A stretch of 64,000 nt of DNA from Octopus vulgaris. Lineage: Eukaryota. Each line of letters starts with the position of its first letter. Within the stretch, counting starts at the first letter, position 1. Shown here piece after piece: positions 25,501-40,600 of this stretch. The notes under the pieces were generated by a model. That model did no database searches, was not told the DNA's origin, and worked only from the letters and a program-made list of their open reading frames with translations. The DNA is taken from NCBI GenBank assembly GCA_951406725.2, contig OX597815.1, forward strand, positions 206,150,001 through 206,214,000. The letters are read 5' to 3'. A program made the translations under genes and the position numbers.

Positions 25501-28500
25501 ATATAAGCATTTTTAGAGATGTAAAGTATAATAGCCATCTCAATATGGCTAAACACAAAGGGGAGGGGTGTTACTGTAGCTTTTTACGTTCTGAGATTTA
25601 ATAATAAATTTTAGAGAGTTACTTCCCTTATATATGTCAAAAATGGATTAAAAATGGGAAAAATTGATGGTAAATTTTTTTAAATCGTAGACTCATCGTA
25701 GACGCGCGCTAATACCCAGACGGTCTCGATATGAATCACGACTATAAGATACCCGGTTTTGGTTAAACTGCACCGCAAAATGTGGGAGTTGTTAGGAATC
25801 TAAATCGTAGGAGACAGACACACAACCTCACTTTTATATATAAAGATTTCCTCTATTTACATAATATTGAGGTCTCTTTCTTTCTTTTGTTATCTTACTG
25901 TTTTTACCAATATACATATATATATATATATAAATATATATATATAGTTACAGAGATGTACTTGCATAGCAAGTGACTTGATCTGAGATCGTGTGCTGGA
26001 ACGAAAACAGTTGCAGCGTTGAAGGTGTTTATAAGCCATTTAAGAAACACACAAAAACCGTTAGATTCACTTCAACATTTAAATTTAATTTGTCAAAATA
26101 TTTTCGTCGCTTTGAGACCACGACCTGTTAAGCACGATATTTTTGTCAGTGAACAGGTCGCGGTCTGAAAGCGACGAAAATATTTTGGCAAATTAAATTT
26201 AAATGTTGAAGTGAATGTAACGGTTTTTGTGTGTTTCTTAAATGGCTTACAAACACCTTCCACGCTGCAATATATATATACACACATATATATATATGTA
26301 TGTATGTGTGTATATGTGTATGCATGTATATGTGTGTGTGGGTGCGTGTCTGTGCTTGTGATTGTCCTCCACCATTGCTTGACAACGAATGTTGGTTTGT
26401 TTACATACCTGTCACCTAGTGGTTTGACAAAGGAAACAGATAGAATAAGTACAATGCTTACAAAAATAAAACTGGAGTTGATTCATTAAACTACAATTCT
26501 TCAAGGCATTGCCCCAGCATGGCCACAGACCAATGGCTGGAAAAAGCAGAAGAATAAAAGAATACATTCTCTGCTTTGGTCATATGTTGAAGGCATGAGA
26601 AAGCTTGAGTTACATGAGAAGGCCTAACAGACCTGGTAGAAACAGCAGCCAAATCTCCCTCAAATCACACCTTACTGTCTTATGTATGTATATATATATG
26701 AGCCAATGAGGGGGACCTCTACATGGTAGCTAGACCTGGTAGAAATAGCAGCCAAATTTCCCCCAAATCACACCTTACTGTCTTATCTATGTATATATGT
26801 ATGTATGAGCCTATGAGGGAGACCCCTACATGGCAGCTAGACCTGGTAGAAATAGCAGCCAAATTTCCCCCAAATCACACCTTATTGTCTTATCTATGTA
26901 TATATGTATGTATGAGCCTATGAGGGAGACCCCTACATGGCAGCTAGACCTGGTAGAAATAGCAGCCAAATTTCCCCCAAATCACACCTTACTGTCTTAT
27001 CTATGTATATATGTATGTATGAGCCTATGAGGGAGACCCCTACATGGCAGCTAGACATGGTAGAAATAGCAGCCAAATCTCCCTCAAATCACACCTTACT
27101 GTCTTATCTTTCTGCTACTTGGATATAGGTGTTATATTCGTCGTTAAAAAACTTTCCTGTCACACACTCACGCACACGCACACACATACACACACACACG
27201 CACCCTCACACACACACACACGCGCACACCCACACACACCCACTCACACACACGCACGTTAGCTTACAATTTTATTTATATATTTGCGTGTCTGTGTGGA
27301 AAGAGGAAGTGGAATCAGAGTGAATGAATCACTCACTACAGTAAGTCAATTACTTTCATTTTATTCATTGCCCACTGTGTGTGTGCGTTTGCGTGTGGTG
27401 TAAACCAGACTAAGAAAAGCATTTGACACACACACCAGAATGTGAGTTTTCTGTAAATTTATCTTAATTGGAGTTGAAATTTTAAAAACTGGACCTGGCA
27501 TGACGCGATGCATTGTACTCTTAAAAATCCTAGGTAAATTGTAATTGAAGAAATCCTATATTGTAGATTTGTATAACTCCCAAAGGGAGGCAGATAAAAT
27601 CTGCCTTTTATAATAAGAGATATATATATATATACTAGCAGTATCGCCCGGCGTTGCTCGGGTTTGTAACGGAAATAATTATATAAGCATTTTTAGAGAT
27701 GTAAAGTATAATAGCCATCTCAATATGGCTAAACACAAAGGGGGAGGGGTGTTACTGTAGCTTTTTACGTTCTGAGATTTAATAATAAATTTTAGAGAGT
27801 TACTTCCCTTATATATGTCAAAAATGGATTAAAAATGGGAAAAATTGATGGTAAATTTTTTTAAATCGTAGACTCATCGTAGACGCGCGCTAATACCCAG
27901 ACGGTCTCGATATGAATCACGACTATAAGATACCCGGTTTTGGTTAAACTGCACCGCAAAATGTGGGAGTTGTTAGGAATCTAAATCGTAGGAGACAGAC
28001 ACACAACCTCACTTTTATATATAAAGATTTCCTCTATTTACATAATATTGAGGTCTCTTTCTTTCTTTTGTTATCTTACTGTTTTTACCAATATACATAT
28101 ATATATATATATATAAATATATATATATAGTTACAGAGATGTACTTGCATAGCAAGTGACTTGATCTGAGATCGTGTGCTGGAACGAAAACAGTTGCAGC
28201 GTTGAAGGTGTTTATAAGCCATTTAAGAAACACACAAAAACCGTTAGATTCACTTCAACATTTAAATTTAATTTGTCAAAATATTTTCGTCGCTTTGAGA
28301 CCACGACCTGTTAAGCACGATATTTTTGTCAGTGAACAGGTCGCGGTCTGAAAGCGACGAAAATATTTTGGCAAATTAAATTTAAATGTTGAAGTGAATG
28401 TAACGGTTTTTGTGTGTTTCTTAAATGGCTTACAAACACCTTCCACGCTGCAATATATATATACACACATATATATATATGTATGTATGTGTGTATATGT

Positions 28501-31500
28501 GTATGCATGTATATGTGTGTGTGGGTGCGTGTCTGTGCTTGTGATTGTCCTCCACCATTGCTTGACAACGAATGTTGGTTTGTTTACATACCTGTCACCT
28601 AGTGGTTTGACAAAGGAAACAGATAGAATAAGTACAATGCTTACAAAAATAAAACTGGAGTTGATTCATTAAACTACAATTCTTCAAGGCATTGCCCCAG
28701 CATGGCCACAGACCAATGGCTGGAAAAAGCAGAAGAATAAAAGAATACATTCTCTGCTTTGGTCATATGTTGAAGGCATGAGAAAGCTTGAGTTACATGA
28801 GAAGGCCTAACAGACCTGGTAGAAACAGCAGCCAAATCTCCCTCAAATCACACCTTACTGTCTTATGTATGTATATATATATGAGCCAATGAGGGGGACC
28901 TCTACATGGTAGCTAGACCTGGTAGAAATAGCAGCCAAATTTCCCCCAAATCACACCTTACTGTCTTATCTATGTATATATGTATGTATGAGCCTATGAG
29001 GGAGACCCCTACATGGCAGCTAGACCTGGTAGAAATAGCAGCCAAATTTCCCCCAAATCACACCTTACTGTCTTATCTATGTATATATGTATGTATGAGC
29101 CTATGAGGGAGACCCCTACATGGCAGCTAGACCTGGTAGAAATAGCAGCCAAATTTCCCCCAAATCACACCTTACTGTCTTATCTATGTATATATGTATG
29201 TATGAGCCTATGAGGGAGACCCCTACATGGCAGCTAGACATGGTAGAAATAGCAGCCAAATCTCCCTCAAATCACACCTTACTGTCTTATCTTTCTGCTA
29301 CTTGGATATAGGTGTTATATTCGTCGTTAAAAAACTTTCCTGTCACACACTCACGCACACGCACACACACACACACACACACGCACCCTCACACACACAC
29401 ACACGCGCACACCCACACACACCCACTCACACACACGCACGTTAGCTTACAATTTTATTTATATATTTGCGTGTCTGTGTGGAAAGAGGAAGTGGAATCA
29501 GAGTGAATGAATCACTCACTACAGTAAGTCAATTACTTTCATTTTATTCATTGCCCACTGTGTGTGTGCGTTTGCGTGTGGTGTAAACCAGACTAAGAAA
29601 AGCATTTGACACACACACCAGAATGTGAGTTTTCTGTAAATTTATCTTAATTGGAGTTGAAATTTTAAAAACTGGACCTGGCATGACGCGATGCATTGTA
29701 CTCTTAAAAATCCTAGGTAAATTGTAATTGAAGAAATCCTATATTGTAGATTTGTATAACTCCCAAAGGGAGGCAGATAAAATCTGCCTTTTATAATAAG
29801 AGATATATATATATATACTAGCAGTATCGCCCGGCGTTGCTCGGGTTTGTAACGGAAATAATTATATAAGCATTTTTAGAGATGTAAAGTATAATAGCCA
29901 TCTCAATATGGCTAAACACAAAGGGGGAGGGGTGTTACTGTAGCTTTTTACGTTCTGAGATTTAATAATAAATTTTAGAGAGTTACTTCCCTTATATATG
30001 TCAAAAATGGATTAAAAATGGGAAAAATTGATGGTAAATTTTTTTAAATCGTAGACTCATCGTAGACGCGCGCTAATACCCAGACGGTCTCGATATGAAT
30101 CACGACTATAAGATACCCGGTTTTGGTTAAACTGCACCGCAAAATGTGGGAGTTGTTAGGAATCTAAATCGTAGGAGACAGACACACAACCTCACTTTTA
30201 TATATAAAGATTTCCTCTATTTACATAATATTGAGGTCTCTTTCTTTCTTTTGTTATCTTACTGTTTTTACCAATATACATATATATATATATATATAAA
30301 TATATATATATAGTTACAGAGATGTACTTGCATAGCAAGTGACTTGATCTGAGATCGTGTGCTGGAACGAAAACAGTTGCAGCGTTGAAGGTGTTTATAA
30401 GCCATTTAAGAAACACACAAAAACCGTTAGATTCACTTCAACATTTAAATTTAATTTGTGAAAATATTTTCGTCGCTTTGAGACCACGACCTGTTAAGCA
30501 CGATATTTTTGTCAGTGAACAGGTCGCGGTCTGAAAGCGACGAAAATATTTTGGCAAATTAAATTTAAATGTTGAAGTGAATGTAACGGTTTTTGTGTGT
30601 TTCTTAAATGGCTTACAAACACCTTCCACGCTGCAATATATATATACACACATATATATATATGTATGTATGTGTGTATATGTGTATGCATGTATATGTG
30701 TGTGTGGGTGCGTGTCTGTGCTTGTGATTGTCCTCCACCATTGCTTGACAACGAATGTTGGTTTGTTTACATACCTGTCACCTAGTGGTTTGACAAAGGA
30801 AACAGATAGAATAAGTACAATGCTTACAAAAATAAAACTGGAGTTGATTCATTAAACTACAATTCTTCAAGGCATTGCCCCAGCATGGCCACAGACCAAT
30901 GGCTGGAAAAAGCAGAAGAATAAAAGAATACATTCTCTGCTTTGGTCATATGTTGAAGGCATGAGAAAGCTTGAGTTTACATGAGAAGGCCTAACAGACC
31001 TGGTAGAAACAGCAGCCAAATCTCCCTCAAATCACACCTTACTGTCTTATGTATGTATATATATATGAGCCAATGAGGGGGACCTCTACATGGTAGCTAG
31101 ACCTGGTAGAAATAGCAGCCAAATTTTCCCCAAATCACACCTTACTGTCTTATCTATGTATATATGTATGTATGAGCCTATGAGGGAGACCCCTACATGG
31201 CAGCTAGACCTGGTAGAAATAGCAGCCAAATTTCCCCCAAATCACACCTTACTGTCTTATCTATGTATATATGTATGTATGAGCCTATGAGGGAGACCCC
31301 TACATGGCAGCTAGACCTGGTAGAAATAGCAGCCAAATTTCCCCAAATCACACCTTACTGTCTTATCTATGTATATATGTATGTATGAGCCTATGAGGGA
31401 GACCCCTACATGGCAGCTAGACATGGTAGAAATAGCAGCCAAATCTCCCTCAAATCACACCTTACTGTCTTATCTTTCTGCTACTTGGATATAGGTGTTA

Positions 31501-32045
31501 TATTCGTCGTTAAAAAACTTTCCTGTCACACACTCACGCACACACACACACACACACACACGCACCCTCACACACACACACACGCGCACACCCACACACA
31601 CCCACTCACACACACGCACGTTAGCTTACAATTTTATTTATATATTTGCGTGTCTGTGTGGAAAGAGGAAGTGGAATCAGAGTGAATGAATCACTCACTA
31701 CAGTAAGTCAATTACTTTCATTTTATTCGTTGCCCACTGTGTGTGTGCGTTTGCGTGTGGTGTAAACCAGACTAAGAAAAGCATTTGACACACACACCAG
31801 AATGTGAGTTTTCTGTAAATTTTGCTTAACTGGAGTTTAAATTTTAAAAACTGGACCTGGCATGACGCGATGCATTGTACTCTTAAAAATGCAAGGTAAA
31901 TTGTAATTGAAGAAATCCTATATTGTAGATTTGTATAACTCCCAAAGGGAGGCAGATAAAATCTGCCTTTTATAATAAGAGATACATAAACATATACACA
32001 TATATACATACATACACTCACAAACACATATATCATATGAATAAA

Positions 32046-32600
32046 TCTTTATATATATAAAACTGAGAATGTGTGTCTGTCTGTCTGTCTGTGTGTTTCC
32101 CTAAAACTTGAGAACTACACAATCAATTTCATTCAAATTTTACACATGCCTTACTTAGGGTATGGGGAGTGTCATCGGCAAAAAAATTTAACTTTTTGCC
32201 TAGGGCGAGCCCACAGCAATATCATATCTTCTCCACTACGATTTCCTAAAACTTGAGAACTACACAACCAATTTCATTCAAATTTTACACATGCCTTACT
32301 TTGGGTCCATGTAGTTTCATGGGCAAAAAAAAAAAAATGTTCAACTTCTTGCCTAGAGCGAGCCCATAGCAATATCATATCTTCTCCACTATTTCAGTAT
32401 TACGTGTTAAAAGTGAAACAAAAATATTTCTCTATTTTATGTCAGATACTTTCACTTTAACAATAAAAATAATAATAACAATTGAATTATTCCCACTCTC
32501 CATTATACAATGTTAACTATTTCCGTGACCTTGCCACAGATATTTTGTTAAAGATAAAATAGATTACGTGATATCGTACCCGTAGAGTATATTATAATAA
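32046..32600 (+). mobile_element. 5' portion of another Helitron-like family with (CTGT)n and an internal ~147-bp duplication
   Basis: A|TCTTTATATATATAAAA start, TGTCTGTCTGTC microsatellite, duplicated block ~32096-32242 / ~32243-32392. No 3' CTAG hairpin found; the right boundary is approximate. Confidence 0.55.
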
Positions 32601-32774
32601 CAAAGGGAAGGGGAGTGAGTGACGGGCAGAATCAGAGAAGTTTTTGTTGTCACTGCGTTTTGATGTAACTAGGATACAGATAAAAACAGAACAAAATTTT
32701 AAGGTAAGTTTTGTTGAGTTTATCAATCCTTCCCTCTCTCTCTTTCTCTCTCTCTCAAACACTTATTTTTTCTT

Positions 32775-33053
32775 CTTTTATTCTGTTACTTCTTTCTGTC
32801 ATTTGTCTGCGGCCATGCTTGAGCACCACTTTAAGGGATTTTACACGAAGAAATCGAACCCAAGACCTAATTTTTGGAAGTGCAGGTTTTATTCTAACGG
32901 GTACTTTTGACGAACCGCTAAGTTGCCTGATTTGAACTTTTTCTAGTGTTTCCGGTTGTCCACTGATGGTGGTGGGGGGTAGAAACACAGACATAAAGGG
33001 ACATATATCTACACTCACACCCACGCTCACACACACACACACACGCACACACG

Positions 33054-33080
<27 letters not shown>
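32775..33080 (-). mobile_element. Diverged SINE 3' half
   Basis: TGCGGCCATGCTTGAGCACC is the reverse complement of the shared SINE/CR1 tail; (CA)n at the other end. Confidence 0.6.
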
Positions 33081-33085
<5 letters not shown>

Positions 33086-33461
33086 AATTATATTAATTAA
33101 ATAACAAGAAGATAGTTTCGATATTAAACTTTAACAAAATAACAGCCGAGAATCGAGATCTTAAGTGAGACAGAACTTTATCTATCAATGTACCGGATGA
33201 GATCGAGACAGCAAAATCGATGTAGCACAACATTTTGCATGGAGTCCCACACATAAATGACAATAGCAAGACGGATCGAATCAAACGTTTTACAGTGTAG
33301 AGTTTTATACCATCTGCTCGTTACTTAATTAATATAATTACCCTAGCTGACACTGCGGAGCTCCTGAAGTAGATCCCTTGGATGAAAACAGGTTGCCTAA
33401 ACTGTGCCAGTGCTCTACTCAACGTCGAAACAGACAAATCGACGTTTTACACCTATTAGTC

Positions 33462-33532
<71 letters not shown>

Positions 33533-33533
<1 letters not shown>

Positions 33534-34369
33534 TAGCAGTATCACCCGGCGTTGCTCGGGTTTGTAACGGAAATAATTATATAAGCATTTTTAGAGATGT
33601 AAAGTATAATAGACATCTCAATATGGCTAACCACAAAGGGGGAGGGGTGTTACTGTAGCTATTTACGTTCTGAGATTTAATAATAAATTTTAGAGAGTTA
33701 CTTCCCTTATATATGTCAAAAATGGATTAAAAATGGGAAAAATTGATGGTAAATTTTTTTTTAAATCGTAGACACATCATAGACGCGCGCTAATACCCAG
33801 ACGGTCTGGATATAAATCACGACTATAAGATACCCGGTTTTGGTTAAACTGCACCGCAAAATGTGGGAGTAGTTAGGAATCTAAATCGTAGGAGACAGAC
33901 ATACAACCTCAATTTTATATATAAAGATTTCCTCTATTTACATAATATTGAGGTCTCTTTCTTTCTTTTGTTATCTTACTGTTTTTACCAATATACATAT
34001 ATATATATATATAAATATATATATATAGTTACAGAGATGTACTTGCATAGCAAGTGACTTGATCTGAGATCGTGTGCTGGAACGAAAACAGTTGCAGCGT
34101 TGAAGGTGTTTATAAGCCATTTAAGAAACACACAAAAACCGTAAGATTCACTTCAACATTTAAATTTAATTTGTCAAAATATTTTCGTCGCTTTGAGACC
34201 ACGACCTGTTAAGCACGATATTTTTGTCAGTGAACAGGTCGCGGTCTGAAAGCGACGAAAATATTTTGGCAAATTAAATTTAAATGTTGAAGTGAATGTA
34301 ACGGTTTTTGTGTGTTTCTTAAATGGCTTACAAACACCTTCCACGCTGCAATATATATATACACATATA

Positions 34370-34405
<36 letters not shown>

Positions 34406-37400
34406 TGTATGTATGTGTGTATATGTGTATGCATGTATGTGTGTGTGTGTTCGTTTCTGTGCTCGTGATTGTCCTCCACCACTGCTTGACAACGAATGTT
34501 GGTTTGTTTACATCCCTGTCACCTAGTGGTTTGACAAAGGAAACAGATAGAATAAGTACAATGCTTACAAAAATAAAACTGGAGTTGATTCATTAAACTA
34601 CAATTCTTCAAGGCATTGCCCCAGCATGGCCACAGACCAATGGCTGGAAAAAGCAGAAGAATAAAAGAATACATTCTCTGCTTTGGTCTTATGTTCAAGG
34701 CATGAGAAAGCTTGAGTTTACATGAGAAGGCCTAACAGACCTGGTAGAGACAGCAGCCAAATCTCCCTCAAATCACACCTTACTGTCTTATGTATGTATA
34801 TATATATGAGCCAATTAGGGGGACTTCTACATGGTAGCTAGACCTGGTAGAAATAGCAGCCAAATTTCCCCCAAATCACACCTTACTGTCTTATCTATGT
34901 ATATATGTATGTATGAGCCTATGAGGGAGACCCCTACATGGCAGCTAGACATGGTAGAAATAGCAGCCAAATCTCCCTCAAATCACACCTTACTGTCTTA
35001 TCTTTCTGCTACTTGGATATAGGTCTTATATTCGTAGTAAAAAACTTTCCTGTCACACACTCACGCACACGCACACACACACACACACGCACCCTCACAC
35101 ACGCGCACGCACACTCACACACACGCACGTTAGCTTACAATTTTATTTATATATTTGCGTGTCTATGTGTGGAAAAGGAAGTGGGCGGCAGAGTGAAAGA
35201 ATCACTCACTACGGTAAGTGAATTACTTTCATTTTATTCATTGCCCACTGTGTGTGTGCGTTTGCGTGTGGTGTAAACCAGACTAAGAAAAGCATTTGAC
35301 ACACACACCAGAAAGTGAGTTTTCTGTAAATTTTGCTTAATTGGAGTTGAAATTTTAAAAACTGGACCTGGCATGACGCGATGCATTGTACTCTTAAAAA
35401 TCCTAGGTAAATTGTAATTGAAGAAATCCTATATTGTAGATTTGTATAACTCTCAAAGGGAGGCAGATAAAATCTGCCTTTTATAATAAGGGATATATAT
35501 ATATACTAGCAGTATCGCCCGGCGTTGCTCGGGTTTGTAAGGGAAATAATTATATAAGCATTTTTAGAGATGTAAAGTATAATAGCCATCTCAATATGGC
35601 TAACCACAAAGGGGGAGGGGTGTTACTGTAGCTTTTTACGTTCTGAGATTTAATAATAAATTTTAGAGAGTTACTTCCCTTATATATGTCAAAAATGGAT
35701 TAAAAATGGGAAAAATTGATGGTAAATTTTTTTTAAATCGTAGACTCATCGTAGACGCGCGCTAATACCCAGACGGTCTCGATATGAATCACGACTATAA
35801 GATACCCGGTTTTGGTTAAACTGCACCGCAAAATGTGGGAGTAGTTAGGAATCTAAATCGTAGGAGACAGACACACAACCTCACTTTTACATATAAAGAT
35901 TTCCTCTATTTACATAATATTGAGGTCTCTTTCTTCCTTTTGTTATCTTACTGTTTTTACCAATATACATATATATATATATATATAAATATATATATAG
36001 TTACAGAGATGTACTTGCATAGCAAGTGACTTGATCTGAGATCGTGTGCTGGAACGAAAACAGTTGCAGCGTTGAAGGTGTTTATAAGCCATTTAAGAAA
36101 CACACAAAAACCGTTAGATTCACTTCAACATTTAAATTTAATTTGTGAAAATATTTTCGTCGCTTTGAGACCACGACCTGTTAAGCACGATATTTTTGTC
36201 AGTGAACAGGTCGCGGTCTGAAAGCGACGAAAATATTTTGGCAAATTAAATTTAAATGTTGAAGTGAATGTAACGGTTTTTGTGTGTTTCTTAAATGGCT
36301 TACAAACACCTTCCAAGCTGCAATATATATATACACACATATATATATGTATGTATGTATGTATGTGTGTATATGTGTATGCATGTATGTGTGTGTGTGT
36401 GTGCGTGTCTGTGCTTGTGATTGTCCCCCACCACTGCTTGACAACGGATGTTGGTTTGTTTACATACCTGTCACCTAGTGGTTTGACAAAGGAAACAGAT
36501 AGAATAAGTACAATGCTTACAAAAATAAAACTGGAGTTGATTCATTAAACTACAATTCTTCAAGGCATTGCCCCAGCATGGCCACAGACCAATGGCTGGA
36601 AAAAGCAGAAGAATAAAAGAATACATTCTCTGCTTTGGTCTTATGTTCAAGGCATGAGAAAGCTTGAGTTTACATGAGAAGGCCTAACAGACCTGGTAGA
36701 AACAGCAGCCAAATCTCCCTCAAATCACACCTTACTGTCTTATGTATGTATATATATATGAGCCAATGAGTGGGACTTCTACATGGTAGCTAGACCTGGT
36801 AGAAATAGCAGCCAAATTTCCCCCAAATCACACCTTACTGTCTTATCTATGTATATATGTATGTATGAGCCTATGAGGAGACCCCTACATGGCTGCTAGA
36901 CATGGTAGAAATAGCAGCCAAATCTCCCTCAAATCACACCTTACTGTCTTATCTTTCTGCTACTTGGATATAGGTCTTATATTCGTCGTAAAAAACTTTC
37001 CTGTCACACACTCACGCACACGCACACATACACACGCACCCTCACACACACACACACGCGCACACACACACACACACACACTCACACACACGCACGTTAG
37101 CTTACAACTTTATTTATATATTTGCGTGTCTATGTGTGGAAAGAGGAAGTGGGAGGCAGAGTGAAAGAATCACTCACTACAGTAAGTGAATTAGTTTCAT
37201 TTTATTCGTTGCCCACTGTGTGTGTGCGTTTGCGTGTGCTGTAAACCAAACTAAGAAAAGCATTTGACACACACACCAGAATGTGAGTTTTCTGTAAATT
37301 TTGCTTAATTGGAGTTGAAATTTTAAAAACTGGACCTGGCATGACGCGATGCATTGTACTCTTAAAAATCCTAGGTAAATTGTAATTGAATAAATCCTAT

Positions 37401-37461
37401 ATTGTAGATTTCTATAACTCCCAAATGGAAGCAGATAAAATCTGCCTTTTATAATAAGAGA
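33533..37461 (-). repeat. Two diverged units of the macrosatellite (33533-35493; 35506-37461)
   Basis: Same module order, many substitutions, only 3 cores of the 107-bp subrepeat. Confidence 0.93.
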
Positions 37462-37860
37462 CTAGCAGTATCGCCCGGCGTTGCTCGGGTTGTAAGGGAA
37501 ATAACTATATAAGCATTTTTAGAGAGTTATAGCGAAAAAATAGCAAAAAAATGCATTAAAAATTGAAAAAAAATTAAGGTAAATTTTTTTTTAAATCGTT
37601 GACGCATCGTAGATATTTTTAGAGAGTTACTTCCCTTATATAAAAGCGAAAAAAAATGCATTAAAATGGAAAAATATGATGGTAAATTTTTTTTAAATCG
37701 TAGACTCATCGTAGACGCACGCTAATACCCAGAAGGGCTCGATATAAATCACGACTATAAGATACCCGCTTTTGGTTAAACTGCACCGCAAAATGTGGGA
37801 GTAGTTAGGAATCTAAATCGTAGGAGACAGACACCACACAACTTCACTCTTATATAAAGA
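37462..37860 (-). mobile_element. Non-autonomous Helitron family A
   Basis: TC...hairpin-CTAG termini; abuts the array unit as CTAG|TC. Confidence 0.8.
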
Positions 37861-39362
37861 TGCTTTTTTTTTTTCAGTCATAGAGTTAGATTTATGAAGG
37901 TGTTCAGTAGATAATCCTTCGAATTCTGACTCGGTGCTTGATATAATGAAATTCGTATCCATTTTTTGTCAGAATTACAAATTTGGAAAACACAATAGGA
38001 ACAAATTTCGTAAAAAAATCTCCCATAATTCACGGAATTAAAATTACACTTCGATTTTTGTATAAAACTGTAGTTGAAGTGTTTACGAAGTATAATACGT
38101 GTTTTCACGTCGGGGTGGGTGAAAGCTGATGAAAAAGTCCGTTGAGATAATTCGAGGTCAAAATACAGTTAAATTGGGGAGGGGAAGAATTACAGAAAAC
38201 CAAAGAGTGTGAATATATTCTGTATGACTAGTGTTAATATTGGAATTGTTTTAAGAATGAATGCTATCGTATTTGGGTGTGAGAAACTACCTACATGTAT
38301 GTGTGTGTGCGCCTATGTATGTGTGGCAGTCTGTTTAGGAAGCAGCTAGGGAGAAATAAATAGCAGCTATTAATGGTCAAGCCGCTGAGAAAAACCTGTG
38401 TATGTGTGTTCGTCTGTGACCAGTTTATAGAGATATGAATTGTCAACAAGGGGAGCATAATCCCTGATAGTATTTCTAAATAAGTAGAAGTTCCTACTCT
38501 AATAGGGGAGTAATTTCCCCTTACAAATTTAAATCAAAATTTCTTCCAAATTTTTTTTTTTTCCAAAATTTTTCCTTTCTTAGGACATCAAGGGGTTAAT
38601 TATCTTAGGCTTCATTTGTATGCAAGAAATGTATGCCGTCTCCAGTGCGGACATCTAAAAGAGTTTTGCAAAATCGCGTTAACTAATTGCCCTCGGGCGA
38701 ACGAAATGTGAAAAAGCTCCGAGTTGCAAAGATTACAGAATCTTTTGCCTCTTTCAAACGGTACAGACACCGATAAAATCGACCATTCCAGTCTAAAGGC
38801 TGAATTCGCGTTCTTCAAACGCCAGATTAATTTACTTAGTCCGGTCGCGTGTTGTTTTCCAAAATCGCGAAACGTTGTGAAGTGGTTCGATATTCTAACG
38901 GCCAATTTTGATGATGACGCTCCGATATACGAGTAGACATCTGATTCAGTATAAACTCTGCATTGGTAAATGGCGTTTCTAATCTTGGAATTACTAGATA
39001 AGAACCTTATTCTATTGGGATTGGCTTCCGATATTAATACGGCGTTCTTATTACTATGATAATTGTAAGAACTACGGCTGTCTTCGACATTATACGCCCC
39101 ATTATCAATACTATTTAATGGAATATCCCCTGTATAATCCCTGCCACTGAGAACGCTGTGATTGCTAATGTCCGTGGTACTACTGTTGTTAAAGCCGCTG
39201 CTAATATTGTTGTTGGGACTCCCTACATTAATGACTCGGTCAGTGCACTTATCCCTATTACCATTACTAACGTTAATGCCGCCACCATTGCTCTTATCCT
39301 TATTCCTATTATTAACTCCATGGCTGGTATGGGGATTGCTAATATCTGTGCCGGTTCTATTA

Positions 39363-39396
<34 letters not shown>

Positions 39397-40600
39397 TGCG
39401 CGTTATTCTGGCATTAGACGGAGCTGCGTCTCCGAACGTGGGTGAGAGGGTCTTATTTAGCAGCTTATTGTTATGGGAGGAAATTATCTGTGAAAGATTT
39501 TTAGTATTGGAGAAGGCTACCCTAACTTTGTGTGAATTTACAGTGGAGTAATATCTCGAATTTCTGGGAAAATTTCTGGCAATTGCTTGGCGAAACTGCA
39601 ACGGTAGGTTAGATCTTATTTGTTTACCAAAGGGAATTACAAACCAAATATAGTTCTTCTTGTTCTTGTACTGGCTCGGGGAGTCAACTCTAACATTAAG
39701 GTGGGTATCTCTGGGTTGAATAATGGGTTTTGGCCTACGATGGCCTCCCCTGGACCGCAAATTATTTATGTTATCTATATTTATGCTAGTTGTACTTGTA
39801 TCGACATTCCTCAGGCTACCATCACTACTTATATTATTTATGTTATTGTAGCTGGCCCTGTCCTGATGATAGAATGCTGGTTTCGGAATGGCCGGGTCTA
39901 TATATGCTACCTTCTCCCTATAACCGGCTTTTGACTGGGCGGCCTTATAAAATTCCGCTTTCTGCCTAAAAATGTCGACGTTGGCAGATAAATTAGTTAA
40001 TCTTTGAGAAATATTTTTAACCAAATTGTCTGTTATAGTTTTTGCGTGGTTAGAGAAAACACTGGCATACGTTAAGTTAGTGGAAGGTTTGTGGTAGGGG
40101 CGGTAAGAATCGCTATGGAGGTTTAGTGTGACATCTAAGAAATTTGCCTTGCTAAGTTCGTTATCAAAAACTATGCTCATGCCCATCCTATTAAAGAACC
40201 TAGCTAATCTATTTTTCGTTTTCTGTACGATTCTGTTCGGGGTGTTTTGTAGGTAAAACAGACAATCGTCACGATATAGGCCGCTACCGATGTCCGGGAA
40301 TTGGTCGGATAATTCATAGAGAATATAGATTCCGACCAAATCAGCAATCTGCGCGCTATCTGAACTACCCATAGGTACATCGAACTCGTTGGGAGTATCC
40401 CTACGAACCCACAACTTATTTTCAAACTTTATAAACGATTTTCTGGCGACTAGAATTATATCAATTTCTTCTCTAGTGAGACCTGCCTTATTATGTGCAT
40501 GCCACAGGGCCTTATTGAGTACACTAGGGTTAATTGAGGGGTAGAAATTAGCAATATCGAACTGAATGAACTTAGTTCGGTTTTTATTAGGGATAGAAGA

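Larger units (their letters stand above)
8289..31982 (-). repeat. Macrosatellite: 11 near-identical ~2179-2184-bp tandem units (composite Helitron-like)
   Basis: The same landmark recurs at 9272, 11451, 13630, 15812, 17994, 20177, 22360, 24543, 26723, 28906 and 31090. The first unit is cut by the gap. Confidence 0.97.

Noticed and set aside
8331-37164. Recurring 60-130-aa ORFs in the array (MAARPGRNSS..., MNVTVF...)
   Set aside because: They fall in SINE, minisatellite and palindrome sequence, are broken by unit-specific indels and show no protein motifs.
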